Below are positions 10,663 through 20,133 of a DNA stretch of 64,000 nt, one piece after another (the first letter of the stretch is position 1; each line of letters starts with the position of its first letter). A program made the translations under genes and the position numbers. A model generated the notes under the pieces. It had not been told where the DNA came from and searched no databases. It saw only the letters and a list, made by a program, of their open reading frames with translations. Location: the IMG/VR virus record IMGVR_UViG_3300028833_000057, positions 203,827 through 267,826 of that record; one strand, 5' to 3'. The stretch comes from a virus. Taxonomy: Duplodnaviria > Caudoviricetes.

Positions 10663-10816
10663 AACTAGCTTGAGTTCTCTCAAGCTAGTTTATCAACATA
10701 AGTCAAACAAAATGCAAAGGAACAATATCACAAGGAAGACATTGTTATAGGGGAAGGTCCCCTCTTATTGCTAAGAGGGGACGAATTCACCCGCCAACAA
10801 AGGAGCCATATGGCTC
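10663..10816 (-). ncRNA. Putative late antisense sRNA with anti-SD segments
   Basis: Late-type promoter at 10816-10827, 5' hairpin, internal 11-bp hairpin, terminator 10663-10690; 18-nt exact complement to RBS of gene 21924-22364. Confidence 0.6.
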
Positions 10817-10901
10817 AATTTTTAGTTATATATAACTAAAAATTTTTTATAATGTTAAATTCTTGACCTAAAAACTTCAAATTGTTTTAATAGGTTGCTT
10901 T

Positions 10902-11774
10902 ATGAACGAATTTCTTGATTTTAAAGGCGAAGTCTCGTTATATCGAGATGGAGTTTTAAAATGGACAAGAAGCAATAAGATAACTTATCAAGGTAGAGCT
11001 GCTCTTCTTAAAGGATTATCTCATTCTTTGTCTATAAATAAAACTCGTGGTAATAATTTTACGGATAGTATCGATGTAAATTCTTACCTTTGTGGCGTTG
11101 CATTTGGTTCCGGTGGTACCATGAATGGTAGCGTTCTTAATTGTAATACATCATATCATGATGTAGGGCTGTATAAGCCTGTTCCAATTAGACAATTAAA
11201 CGAGACTCAATATCGAAACGAAGATGATACCTATAAAAAAGATTTAAATAATTATATTGCTTTTGCAGATGAAAACGTAAAATATTATATAGATAATAGT
11301 CGGCAAATAGATGCAAATATAGATATTCATAAATATCTTTATTTTAAAAAGATTTCTGAGATTACATCTGTAAATTCAATGACAATGAAAGATAGCACAA
11401 ACAATTTTTCATTTGAATCTTCGTTTATAACTTTTAGTATATCTATAGATCAAAGCGATTTTAAAGTACCTAGTGCAAATGTTACATCTATAAGTGAACT
11501 TGGTTTATATCTTGGTACATTAAAATATGATGTAGCTCAGATTGAAAGAGAATCAGAAATTGATCCTGAAATAAAAGAAAAGTTTGATCCAAGACTTAGA
11601 TGTCAAGACGGTAATGACATGCTTTATCGTCAACAACAGTATGAAGCAAAAAAGCATAATTGCTCATATTTCATTAGTGGATCATTACCGGTAATGTTCT
11701 CTCATATAACTTTCCCGGCTGAAGATATACTTGAACCTAAAGATTTGACTTTTAAATACTCAATATTTGTATAA
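10902..11774 (+). CDS. Baseplate / tail-fibre attachment structural protein
   Basis: N.IT..GR...VAFGSGG...ISELGLY...FSHITFP...FKYSIF pattern typical of baseplate/tail-collar proteins. Confidence 0.6.
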   Translation: MNEFLDFKGEVSLYRDGVLKWTRSNKITYQGRAALLKGLSHSLSINKTRGNNFTDSIDVNSYLCGVAFGSGGTMNGSVLNCNTSYHDVGLYKPVPIRQLNETQYRNEDDTYKKDLNNYIAFADENVKYYIDNSRQIDANIDIHKYLYFKKISEITSVNSMTMKDSTNNFSFESSFITFSISIDQSDFKVPSANVTSISELGLYLGTLKYDVAQIERESEIDPEIKEKFDPRLRCQDGNDMLYRQQQYEAKKHNCSYFISGSLPVMFSHITFPAEDILEPKDLTFKYSIFV

Positions 11775-11783
11775 GGTGGATAT

Positions 11784-12548
11784 ATGCACGATAGTTTAAA
11801 ATTCAGAGGTGAAGTCATAGCTCGTAATAAAGCTACAGGTGAGATTCTATTTAAACAGCATAACTGTATTGTTGAAGGCGGTAGACTCATGACCTTAGCT
11901 AAAGCTATGGGTCTTGAAAATGGTAAGATGACACAGTTAGGTGCGGCTATAGATAATCCTGAATTAAAAGCTTGGTTTACTGGTATCGATCCTAATTCGG
12001 AATCTGAAGAATCTCATAGACAGGGTAACTCTGGTGATTATAGTATAATGTACTATAAAGTAGGTTATGATACTACTGATAATGGTATAAGTCATCCTTT
12101 ATCTGTAAATACACAAGCAACAGATATATCTGATCTTAGAAATTCTTGGTATGTAGATGAAGTAGATTACTTTACTACAGATGATAAGCAAAAGGATGAT
12201 ATCCCGGAACAGTATTATACTGGTGATGATAGGTATCCTTGGCCTGAAGAAGATGTTATCCAGCCTATTATTAACCAAGCTAAAGATTTTGATACTATAT
12301 TCTTAAGATATAAGTTGCCATTAAAGATGCCAGATACTAGTATTGATAATGATGATATTCATGATCTTGGTTGGCATAATGTAGACCTTACAGTTCCTTA
12401 TGTAACGGTAAACGAACTTGGGCTATTTATGTCCTGTAATGCCGAAAAAGATACGGAAAACTGGTTACTATTCTCGCTATTAAAGTTCCCTCCGATTACT
12501 CTACAGGCAGAAATGGAAGTAGAGTTCGAATATAGAATATATGGCTAA
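11784..12548 (+). CDS. Baseplate structural protein, paralog-like to 10902
   Basis: HNCIVEGGR...VNELGLF...FS.LKFP...FEYRIY, same pattern as upstream gene. Confidence 0.6.
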   Translation: MHDSLKFRGEVIARNKATGEILFKQHNCIVEGGRLMTLAKAMGLENGKMTQLGAAIDNPELKAWFTGIDPNSESEESHRQGNSGDYSIMYYKVGYDTTDNGISHPLSVNTQATDISDLRNSWYVDEVDYFTTDDKQKDDIPEQYYTGDDRYPWPEEDVIQPIINQAKDFDTIFLRYKLPLKMPDTSIDNDDIHDLGWHNVDLTVPYVTVNELGLFMSCNAEKDTENWLLFSLLKFPPITLQAEMEVEFEYRIYG

Positions 12549-13761
12549 TGTAAGAAAACAATTATCCGAAGATGGGATTAGAACCCTCTTATCGTTAAAG
12601 CACGACGATATAACGGCAGATTGGATGCGAGATAACTTTGCAGTTATAGATGGAAAACCTGCAAAATATAATTTTACTGATGAGTTTGATCTTACTGTAG
12701 AAGATGCAGAAAAAATATCTTTACCTAAAATAGATAAAGATATTACAACTACTGCAGGACGATTCTTAGTGAATTATTTTTTGCTTGGTTGTGCTGAATA
12801 TACAAAGTATTATACATTTATTAATGAGCCTTGGAATAAGAAGGTCATAGGTAAAGTTTCTGCAGCAATGTGCGATCTACTTCTAGAGCAGAAAATTACT
12901 GGATTAACTTTTGAAGACTTTATTAATAGACAACAGTGGATGGGCTTTGCATTTAACTCATGGCTTAATCCAAGTCTTACTATGGATTTCTATAAAACAC
13001 ATCCAGAAGTCCAAAGACAGCTTGAAGCAGATATTGCAGCAAATAAAGATAAAGTAGATGCTACTGATATTAACACGTGTATTGCAATTACAGATAGAGC
13101 TGTTAATAAATTCAAAGAGATAGTTAAAGACTCACCATCTGCTGACTGGCAGACATCGGGTGCAAGTAAGAATGTTCTTGCACCTATGGTTGTATGTCGT
13201 GGTTTATATGCAGAATCTAAAGACAAGAACAAATTACATTTTGTTAAATCTAATCTACAAGATGGTATCGAAAAAGATGAGATTCCAGCATACGTAGATA
13301 TTGGTATTGGCGGTGCTTGTTCCCGTGGTGTTGATACACAACAAGGTGGTTATGTTCGTAAGAAGTTTAATTCTGCATTTGCACATGTTAAGTTAGCCGA
13401 TCCTGGTACTGATTGTAAGACAAAGTATGGTCTAATGGTCTTAATTACCAAAGAAAGCAAGAGTAGAATTTATCTTAGATATTGTGAATATCAAGGTAAA
13501 GAATACTTGCTAGATAATGCCAATCTTAAGCTATTAGAAGGAAAGCTTGTAAAGCTTAGATCGCCAATGTTCTGTACTAGTGATGATATCTGTAATAAAT
13601 GTGCAGGTGAGTTCTATTATAGAATGGGTAGCCGAAATGTTGGTTTACTTGCCTCATCATTAGCTGGTGCACTACTTAATCTAGCACTTAAGGGTTTCCA
13701 TGAAGCTACGATTGCCGCAGTGGATATAAACTTAGATAAGTATGCGAGACGTATTAAATAA
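12541..13761 (+). CDS. Multisubunit RNA polymerase, beta' subunit fragment (bridge helix, Zn site, trigger loop)
   Basis: RGVDTQQGGYVRKK (bridge helix), DCKT..LRSPMFC..ICNKCAG (Zn), NVGLLAS..LALKGFH (trigger loop). Confidence 0.9.
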   Translation: MANVRKQLSEDGIRTLLSLKHDDITADWMRDNFAVIDGKPAKYNFTDEFDLTVEDAEKISLPKIDKDITTTAGRFLVNYFLLGCAEYTKYYTFINEPWNKKVIGKVSAAMCDLLLEQKITGLTFEDFINRQQWMGFAFNSWLNPSLTMDFYKTHPEVQRQLEADIAANKDKVDATDINTCIAITDRAVNKFKEIVKDSPSADWQTSGASKNVLAPMVVCRGLYAESKDKNKLHFVKSNLQDGIEKDEIPAYVDIGIGGACSRGVDTQQGGYVRKKFNSAFAHVKLADPGTDCKTKYGLMVLITKESKSRIYLRYCEYQGKEYLLDNANLKLLEGKLVKLRSPMFCTSDDICNKCAGEFYYRMGSRNVGLLASSLAGALLNLALKGFHEATIAAVDINLDKYARRIK

Positions 13762-13824
13762 TGGCCCTTTAAAATCATAGAAATTCAGTTACCTCAACTG
13801 TAAATTACTAACATGAGAGGTAAT

Positions 13825-13968
13825 ATGACAGAACATATGAGATACGGCGAAGGTGTAAGATTCGAACGTCTTAGAAGAATTACTGGATATTTAGTCGGTG
13901 ATTATTCTTCCCGTTTTAATGATGCTAAACGTGCTGAAGTAGAAGATAGAGTAACGCATGGTTATTAA
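13825..13968 (+). CDS. Stand-alone NrdD C-terminal-like glycyl-radical mini-protein (47 aa)
   Basis: Below ORF-track cutoff. GAGG RBS; MTEHMRYGEGVRFERLRRITGYLVGDYSSRFNDAKRAEVEDRVTHGY with RITGYL and FN.AK.AE..DR..H. Confidence 0.85.
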   Translation: MTEHMRYGEGVRFERLRRITGYLVGDYSSRFNDAKRAEVEDRVTHGY

Positions 13969-14004
13969 AATAAAATCCTAGAGGTCAAACCTCTAGGATT
14001 TATT

Positions 14005-14910
14005 TTATTTTTCAAAATGCGATTTATCTGGAAATTTAGCTTTAAGCATTTCTTCAATAGTATTCCAGCATGAATAATTTGCCTTTATTCCGTCATTGAG
14101 ACATACACAAGGATGGTTCGCATTAATCATATCTTGTATTGTATCAAATGAGATGCTATCTTTTACTAATAAAAAGCCCTTATGATCTATAGGCTTATGT
14201 ATTGTATTTCCTTTGTATGCAGAAATATAATAAAACATCCATTCATTAATATTCTTGGATGCTCTAAACTTAGACATACTCATAGTGCTAAGAATAGTAC
14301 GACCATAATTTTTCCATACTTCATCCCAGTCAGATTTTAAGTATGGTTGAGCTAAATGCCAGTCGGCATATTTAATCATCTTTCCAGAATTTACATACTT
14401 ATTAAAATGCTTTACAGAGTTATACCTAATATGACTCCAAAGATCATTAGTACGAATTTTATAATCCTCATTTAGTATCTGGATGAAATTTACGGCTTTA
14501 TTTCCAATAAAGTATCTATCTTCTGTATTAGGAATAGTAAATAGCATATCATCATTATTTACGATAAAATGATCAGATAAACCTGGAATTTTATTTACAA
14601 GTGGTATAATTACACCTGAATTAAATGTGGGCAACAAATTCTTAGGTATATAATCTTTATGATATACAATATTTAATTTTTCTGCCCGAGGATCTAACCA
14701 TTCAGGAATCTGTGTCTTAAATGCTAAAACTAGATGTATTTTATTTATCCAAGGAAGATTCTTTTCTATGCTCCGCAGCTGATACTTAAGTGTATTCGTC
14801 TCTCTAAACCTTGCACTTCGTTTTGGATTTGTCCTATATAGACTATGATAATATAACCAATGTGGATCATTACTATTTACATACGGAAGAACTATATCAA
14901 TAGGTGTCAT
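14005..14910 (-). CDS. Stealth family sugar-phosphate transferase
   Basis: CR1 PIDIVLPYVNSNDPHW; CR2 LKYQLRSIEKNLPWI..PTFNS..NDD; CR4 CLND. Confidence 0.92.
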   Translation of the reverse strand: MTPIDIVLPYVNSNDPHWLYYHSLYRTNPKRSARFRETNTLKYQLRSIEKNLPWINKIHLVLAFKTQIPEWLDPRAEKLNIVYHKDYIPKNLLPTFNSGVIIPLVNKIPGLSDHFIVNNDDMLFTIPNTEDRYFIGNKAVNFIQILNEDYKIRTNDLWSHIRYNSVKHFNKYVNSGKMIKYADWHLAQPYLKSDWDEVWKNYGRTILSTMSMSKFRASKNINEWMFYYISAYKGNTIHKPIDHKGFLLVKDSISFDTIQDMINANHPCVCLNDGIKANYSCWNTIEEMLKAKFPDKSHFEK

Positions 14911-14988
14911 AATAAGCCTTTTCTTTAAGTTTACAATATAATGTATATATTGTTATATTAAGAAATGACCCATTAAAGGAGTTAAATA

Positions 14989-16368
14989 ATGGCTGAAGAA
15001 CCATTAAAAAAGTACAATTATTCTATTATCGTAAACCATGGTGATACGAATAAATTCGGATGTAGCCGGAGATGCGAATACTGCAACTGGCAGCGTCTTA
15101 GAAACTTTGGAAAATCCTTGCCAGATATCACTAATCAAAATTTTGATGATGCCAAGGGTTATATAACAATATCTGGAGGTGGCGATCCATTATGGAGTGG
15201 AAATCAAAGGTCTGTAATGGATTATATACCATTTCTAGTTACACAAATCATAGCTAAAGGACACAAGCCAAGAATTATTACAAGGGAAGTGTCCAACTTT
15301 AAAGCTGTAACTGAAGAAACACATGCAAATATTTACTTATCATTATCCTATGATGAGATTGTTATAAAAGAAATTCTTGCTAATCATGAATTATCTAATT
15401 TTATAATAGGTTTAGCAAAAAAGCAACTTATAGAAATGACTATAGTTGCCGGTGCAGAACTTGATCTGCGTCAGATAGGTTTGCCAATATTTGAAATTTG
15501 CAAATTACAAGACACATTAGGAATTAAATTCCCTATAACCATCCGTGAAAATCTTAGAAGCATAAAGTATCTTAAGAAAGATTATATACATAAAGTATTA
15601 GAGCATATTCGAAAGAATATTTTAAACTATGAGCCAGATATTAGATGGCTTCCAGCTAAAGTGTGTTTAGATGATAATATCTATATTATTGCACCACACA
15701 AATGTTTTGGCTATCATGTAAAACTTTATGGCAACGAGATTACTCCTAATTACGTTGAAGCGTTTAATCTGTTAAGTAATAATCAGCACTATATGGTATT
15801 TGGTAGTGTCGCTAGATATATTGCAACATATCAGTACTTGCAAAATTGCGAGCTAAAGATACCTATATACATGCCAGAGTATCATGATATCGATGTATTT
15901 GTTGAAGAAGGTTATTTAAATAATCTTATAGAAAAACTTAGTGCATTGGGATTTACTAGAAATAAGCGTATATCTGAACATAAAATACGTATTTATCATC
16001 CTCTTGATACTGCATTTTCTATTGATATAAATCTTGTTCAGAATATAGATATTGCAAAAGTTATAGTTTCAGAAGCGCTATACAATATAAATCGTATAGG
16101 CATTCTTAATGGAGATCTACTAATATTTAAAGGATTTGATTACACAGATCTTCTAACATTTAAGGCTAGAGAATTACCACATAGATGGGATTATTTAAAC
16201 TTCAATCGTAGAGATAAGAGTGAAGAAAAGATGTTCACAAAATTATCAACACGTGGTTGGAAAATATATCGTATGTCCATTTTCGGCAGAATTCTCCAAG
16301 CATATTATAAAATACAAGCACATGTAAAAAGATATTTCCAGAAAAGGAAAAATAAAAATGGAAAATGA
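14989..16368 (+). CDS. Radical SAM domain fused to nucleotidyltransferase-like domain
   Basis: N-terminal CSRRCEYC and ISGGGDPL; C-terminal FGSVAR..HDIDVFV..IDI..YNINRI resembling a CCA/poly(A) polymerase head. Confidence 0.7.
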   Translation: MAEEPLKKYNYSIIVNHGDTNKFGCSRRCEYCNWQRLRNFGKSLPDITNQNFDDAKGYITISGGGDPLWSGNQRSVMDYIPFLVTQIIAKGHKPRIITREVSNFKAVTEETHANIYLSLSYDEIVIKEILANHELSNFIIGLAKKQLIEMTIVAGAELDLRQIGLPIFEICKLQDTLGIKFPITIRENLRSIKYLKKDYIHKVLEHIRKNILNYEPDIRWLPAKVCLDDNIYIIAPHKCFGYHVKLYGNEITPNYVEAFNLLSNNQHYMVFGSVARYIATYQYLQNCELKIPIYMPEYHDIDVFVEEGYLNNLIEKLSALGFTRNKRISEHKIRIYHPLDTAFSIDINLVQNIDIAKVIVSEALYNINRIGILNGDLLIFKGFDYTDLLTFKARELPHRWDYLNFNRRDKSEEKMFTKLSTRGWKIYRMSIFGRILQAYYKIQAHVKRYFQKRKNKNGK

Positions 16369-16549
16369 CTTTGAAGAAATGTACTTTGTAATCTTAGATC
16401 ATGAAACAAGTAAAGTAGTTTTTAAGAAAATACCTATTCCTAAAAACTGTCCAGACGTAGAAGACTATTTGGATAGAAATCATATAGCTAAGCGAACTGA
16501 ATGTAGCTTTATGTGTTCGCCAAATCCTATTGACATTGTTTATGAGTAA
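16358..16549 (+). CDS. Small hypothetical protein
   Basis: 63 aa, AGGA RBS, followed by terminator. Confidence 0.6.
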   Translation: MENDFEEMYFVILDHETSKVVFKKIPIPKNCPDVEDYLDRNHIAKRTECSFMCSPNPIDIVYE

Positions 16550-16591
16550 ATAAAAAATAAGTAAGCCAGATGGCTTACTTATTTTTTTTTT

Positions 16592-17332
16592 TTAATCTAA
16601 GAATCTCCATGCGTCAATAGCGGCTTTACAGTCATTGCAACATTTCATCAATTTAAGTGTAGCATGATCAATTCTATGCAGATCTCTTTCTTCGATTTCT
16701 TCAAGATAACATGTACCTTTTTTTAAATCGGCATGCCATATCTTTTTTACTTCATTTGTAATAGGTTGTGATGCTGGACATTCCGTTTGATGTCCTGCAG
16801 GATTAATATACGCAATATTCTCAAATCCATGAGTGGCATGATCTGGATTTTCTTTATTATAACCTATTACATGATATTTTATATTATTTGCAAGACAGTA
16901 TTCTTCCTTAATGTCTCTTTCCAACTTATCTACTATAAGTATTTCATCATAATATTTTGGAAAATTATTATATTGATGGTATGCTGCTACTCGTTTTACA
17001 TTTTCATAAGACTTTATAGGAAGCATACCATTAGTTTTTATTAACACTGTATATGCATGTCTAGATAGCCATTGGCAAAGCTCATCTATTCCTTTGTATA
17101 ATGCGGGTTCACCACCTGTAAGCTCTATAACCCATGAAATATCTATATTTCTTTCTATAAATGGAATTAATTCCGAATTATTTAAAGGAAATTTAGGTGG
17201 AGCCGAATTCCTCCATTGCTTCATAGGGCAATGCTCACAAGCTAAATTGCATTTATTCGTTAATGCAATCTGTAAAAAGTTTTTATGCATAGATATTACT
17301 GATATGAAGAACCTTGAGGTAATATGACACAC
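16592..17332 (-). CDS. Radical SAM protein (likely start ~17290)
   Basis: CNLACEHC, ELTGGEP, KTNG; C-terminal Cys motif. Confidence 0.9.
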   Translation of the reverse strand: MCHITSRFFISVISMHKNFLQIALTNKCNLACEHCPMKQWRNSAPPKFPLNNSELIPFIERNIDISWVIELTGGEPALYKGIDELCQWLSRHAYTVLIKTNGMLPIKSYENVKRVAAYHQYNNFPKYYDEILIVDKLERDIKEEYCLANNIKYHVIGYNKENPDHATHGFENIAYINPAGHQTECPASQPITNEVKKIWHADLKKGTCYLEEIEERDLHRIDHATLKLMKCCNDCKAAIDAWRFLD

Positions 17333-18294
17333 TGCTTACCAAATATGCGTAAAGTATATCTATGTTCAATACCTTGATCAGGAAGATTTATCGTTGAATT
17401 TAAATCAGGTAGAACTACTTTCCACATATCTGTTAACTCTTGGGTATTATCTACATTTCTAAAGTTTACAGTCATCGTTTTATTAGAGCTTACGGTATTT
17501 TTACCTATTAAAGTAAGCCTAATATCAAGATTATAAGCTTCACGGGCTTCTAAATTTGGTAAGCATACTTTAAGATAACAGTATCTTACTGACGCTGAAT
17601 TATTAATTTCTACAGCTATATCTTGAGTAGCATTATTAGTAATATTTTTAAGTACTAATGAAACATCACCAGATGTACCAACTACTTCGGCAGATATATC
17701 AAATGCCTTTATATATGGAATTATTTTTTTCCATTTAGGTTCAACGTCAGTTTCGCCTACATTAGTTGGAACTAAAGTTAATATGTGATATTTATTCTCA
17801 GACGCCGTATATGTAGGATACTTGTCCATCCATTGTATTTGTGATAAAGAATTGGTACGTTGTAATACCTTACCTACTGTGGATGCTGCATTAGAAACAT
17901 TTGGATTAAGATCTTCAGGGATAGGAGCCAATATTCCTAATATGCTATTATCTTGGCTGCATGTTAAATAATGAAAAGACCCATCGCCTAAATATTCAAA
18001 ATCAAGTGATGGTATATCATGTACTGATCCTCGATATTGATGATGTTTTAAGATGGGCATATCAATATCTTCCCATTCAGTATGATCTGATCCAGTTACT
18101 ATATTTCCATTATTATCTAGCTCTATCTTTTTAATGGTCTGCTTTGCATGATTTGTTGTTATGGTAGCATTATTAATGGATGAACTACCGGAATTCTTTT
18201 TTCCTGCCAAAGCAGTAGATATCTTAGACTTTATACTACTAAGAATTGAGTATAAACTTCCAACGTTTAAAATATGATAATCTGTTTTTGCCAT
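17296..18294 (-). CDS. Putative tail fibre-associated / structural protein
   Basis: 332 aa, beta-rich, directly downstream of fibre-like gene. Confidence 0.45.
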   Translation of the reverse strand: MAKTDYHILNVGSLYSILSSIKSKISTALAGKKNSGSSSINNATITTNHAKQTIKKIELDNNGNIVTGSDHTEWEDIDMPILKHHQYRGSVHDIPSLDFEYLGDGSFHYLTCSQDNSILGILAPIPEDLNPNVSNAASTVGKVLQRTNSLSQIQWMDKYPTYTASENKYHILTLVPTNVGETDVEPKWKKIIPYIKAFDISAEVVGTSGDVSLVLKNITNNATQDIAVEINNSASVRYCYLKVCLPNLEAREAYNLDIRLTLIGKNTVSSNKTMTVNFRNVDNTQELTDMWKVVLPDLNSTINLPDQGIEHRYTLRIFGKQCVILPQGSSYQ

Positions 18295-18303
18295 AAATAT
18301 ACC

Positions 18304-19830
18304 TTATAAATTATTAAAAAGTGCAGTGCATGCATCAATATCATTACTATCAACGAGCTGTAATGATAATGTCTTAGCAACAGTGTGAGACGAAGATGAT
18401 TCAGTAAGTGATAATCCATTATTCGTACTTGCTAAGGAGACAGTTTCTAAATTACTGTGGATTGTGTAATTAGTATGACCATCGGCTGCAGTAGAAGATG
18501 ACAAATCAATATTGTCACCTTGAGTAATAGTACTTTTTGCAGCGGTAACCTTGCTATCTACTTCAGATTTGACGTAATAGTTACTTAAATCAATCTTACC
18601 GCCAAAATCATTCCATCTATATACCGGACTGTCATCTGTACCAGTATTAACACAACCAACGTCTTCTTCTGGACTTACTTCTATAGAGTAACTTGCACCA
18701 GCAGAATCTGTTAAATTGATAGTAGTCTTTTCAGTAAGACCTATCACATTATAGACTTCACCAAGTCTATTTGTGCTGGGAGCTAGAGCTTCAAGTTGAG
18801 ATCTAGTAATATTACCCTTTGGTTTATAGACAGAATGTATTGCAGCCTCAATAGCATCATTACGATTATTTACTTCTGTATTAATTGCAGTTTCAATAGC
18901 CGTATTACGATTATTTACTTCTGTGTTAATTGCAGTTTCAATAGCTGTATTACGATTAGTAACTTCTGTATTAATTGCATTTGTAATAGCATCGGCTAAG
19001 GCACTTTCAGCACCCATTGCTCTATCTTTTTCTGTTTCTATCAGTCCTTCTAAACGAGTATCTTCATTTGTTCTATTTGTTATTTCTATAGTTAAAGAAG
19101 ACTGTAATGCTGTATCGGCTGATTTTCTAGCAGTTGTTTCTGCTGTGTCTGCTGATTCTCTAGCTATACGTTCATTATTAATATCTGTATTAATCTTGTC
19201 AATAATATTCTTCCATGGGAATGTATTATCAACAAAACGCTGTTGCCACCCATCCGGTGTATATGTGGTTTTGTAATCACTAATATTTACAAAACGTTCA
19301 AAGTACTTATTCGTACTTGTAGAAGAAATAGGATCTGTACTTACCTGCGAATCAACTAAAACATCCTTGAGCCATATAGTACCTGTACCATTAATTCTAC
19401 CAGTACCAGATATTTTACAATATGCATAGAAAGCATTATTTCCTATTGTAAGTGTCTTGCCGTTAAAATCAAGTACAGAGCTTATGCCTAGAATATCTTT
19501 ATTACCGCTAATGGTAATATTTTCTTCTAGTCTAATATCTTTTGCCAAGAATATTGTACGTATACTTACATCAGATAATGCCTTGCTTAGTTCACTATAT
19601 TCTAGGATTACAGCGTCTGCTACCTTTTCAATGAAGTCATAGGCTGGTAAGATAACATTCTTACCATTTTCTTCACCTTCTTTGATATTTATACCAACTA
19701 TATATGAGTTAGTATAATCTGGGTAATTATCATCTTTAGTCCATTTCTTAAGATTCTGACCTTTATTTTCATTTATCTTTCGTATAGATGCATCAGAAAT
19801 CTTCGTTAAACTTTCTGGATATACTGCCAT
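18304..19830 (-). CDS. Tail fibre-like protein with coiled-coil repeats
   Basis: AI(E)TAINTEVNNRNT repeats, E..AR..AD heptads, VYKPKG..GEVYNV..W..FGGKIDLSNYY.KSEVD fibre motif. Confidence 0.7.
   Translation of the reverse strand: MAVYPESLTKISDASIRKINENKGQNLKKWTKDDNYPDYTNSYIVGINIKEGEENGKNVILPAYDFIEKVADAVILEYSELSKALSDVSIRTIFLAKDIRLEENITISGNKDILGISSVLDFNGKTLTIGNNAFYAYCKISGTGRINGTGTIWLKDVLVDSQVSTDPISSTSTNKYFERFVNISDYKTTYTPDGWQQRFVDNTFPWKNIIDKINTDINNERIARESADTAETTARKSADTALQSSLTIEITNRTNEDTRLEGLIETEKDRAMGAESALADAITNAINTEVTNRNTAIETAINTEVNNRNTAIETAINTEVNNRNDAIEAAIHSVYKPKGNITRSQLEALAPSTNRLGEVYNVIGLTEKTTINLTDSAGASYSIEVSPEEDVGCVNTGTDDSPVYRWNDFGGKIDLSNYYVKSEVDSKVTAAKSTITQGDNIDLSSSTAADGHTNYTIHSNLETVSLASTNNGLSLTESSSSHTVAKTLSLQLVDSNDIDACTALFNNL
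18840..18980 (-). repeat. About three 45-bp coding tandem repeats
   Basis: Encodes 15-aa repeat AIETAINTEVNNRNT. Confidence 0.85.
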
Positions 19831-19890
19831 ATAATACCTTTAAATAAAAAATTTATACCAAATTGGAAGTTCCAATTTGGTATATTTCTA

Positions 19891-20085
19891 TTATCTAATA
19901 ACATCTTCAACTTTACGTTCTCTTGTCAAAGCTGGCATATCTGCATGTTCATCTGGATGCTCTGCAAGTAGTACTGATTTAGGATCTGCTTCTTCAACAA
20001 GAACATCACTAACAAAACGCCTATGAATGTCTTGAATCCTAATAGGACATGATTCACCACTATAAACTGATTTATAAAATGCCAT
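19891..20085 (-). CDS. Small hypothetical protein
   Basis: 64 aa ORF. Confidence 0.5.
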   Translation of the reverse strand: MAFYKSVYSGESCPIRIQDIHRRFVSDVLVEEADPKSVLLAEHPDEHADMPALTRERKVEDVIR

Positions 20086-20133
20086 ATAAATACCGTTGTT
20101 AAATTCATTTAAAAGTTATCTTTATATTAAATA

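Noticed and set aside
6360-13761. Introns or inteins in RNAP genes, as occur in AR9
   Set aside because: Both ORFs are continuous and of expected size, with no homing endonuclease or splice motifs.
18840-18980. 45-bp repeats as a possible CRISPR array
   Set aside because: Contiguous, in-frame coding repeats without spacers. No CRISPR array or cas gene was seen in the window.
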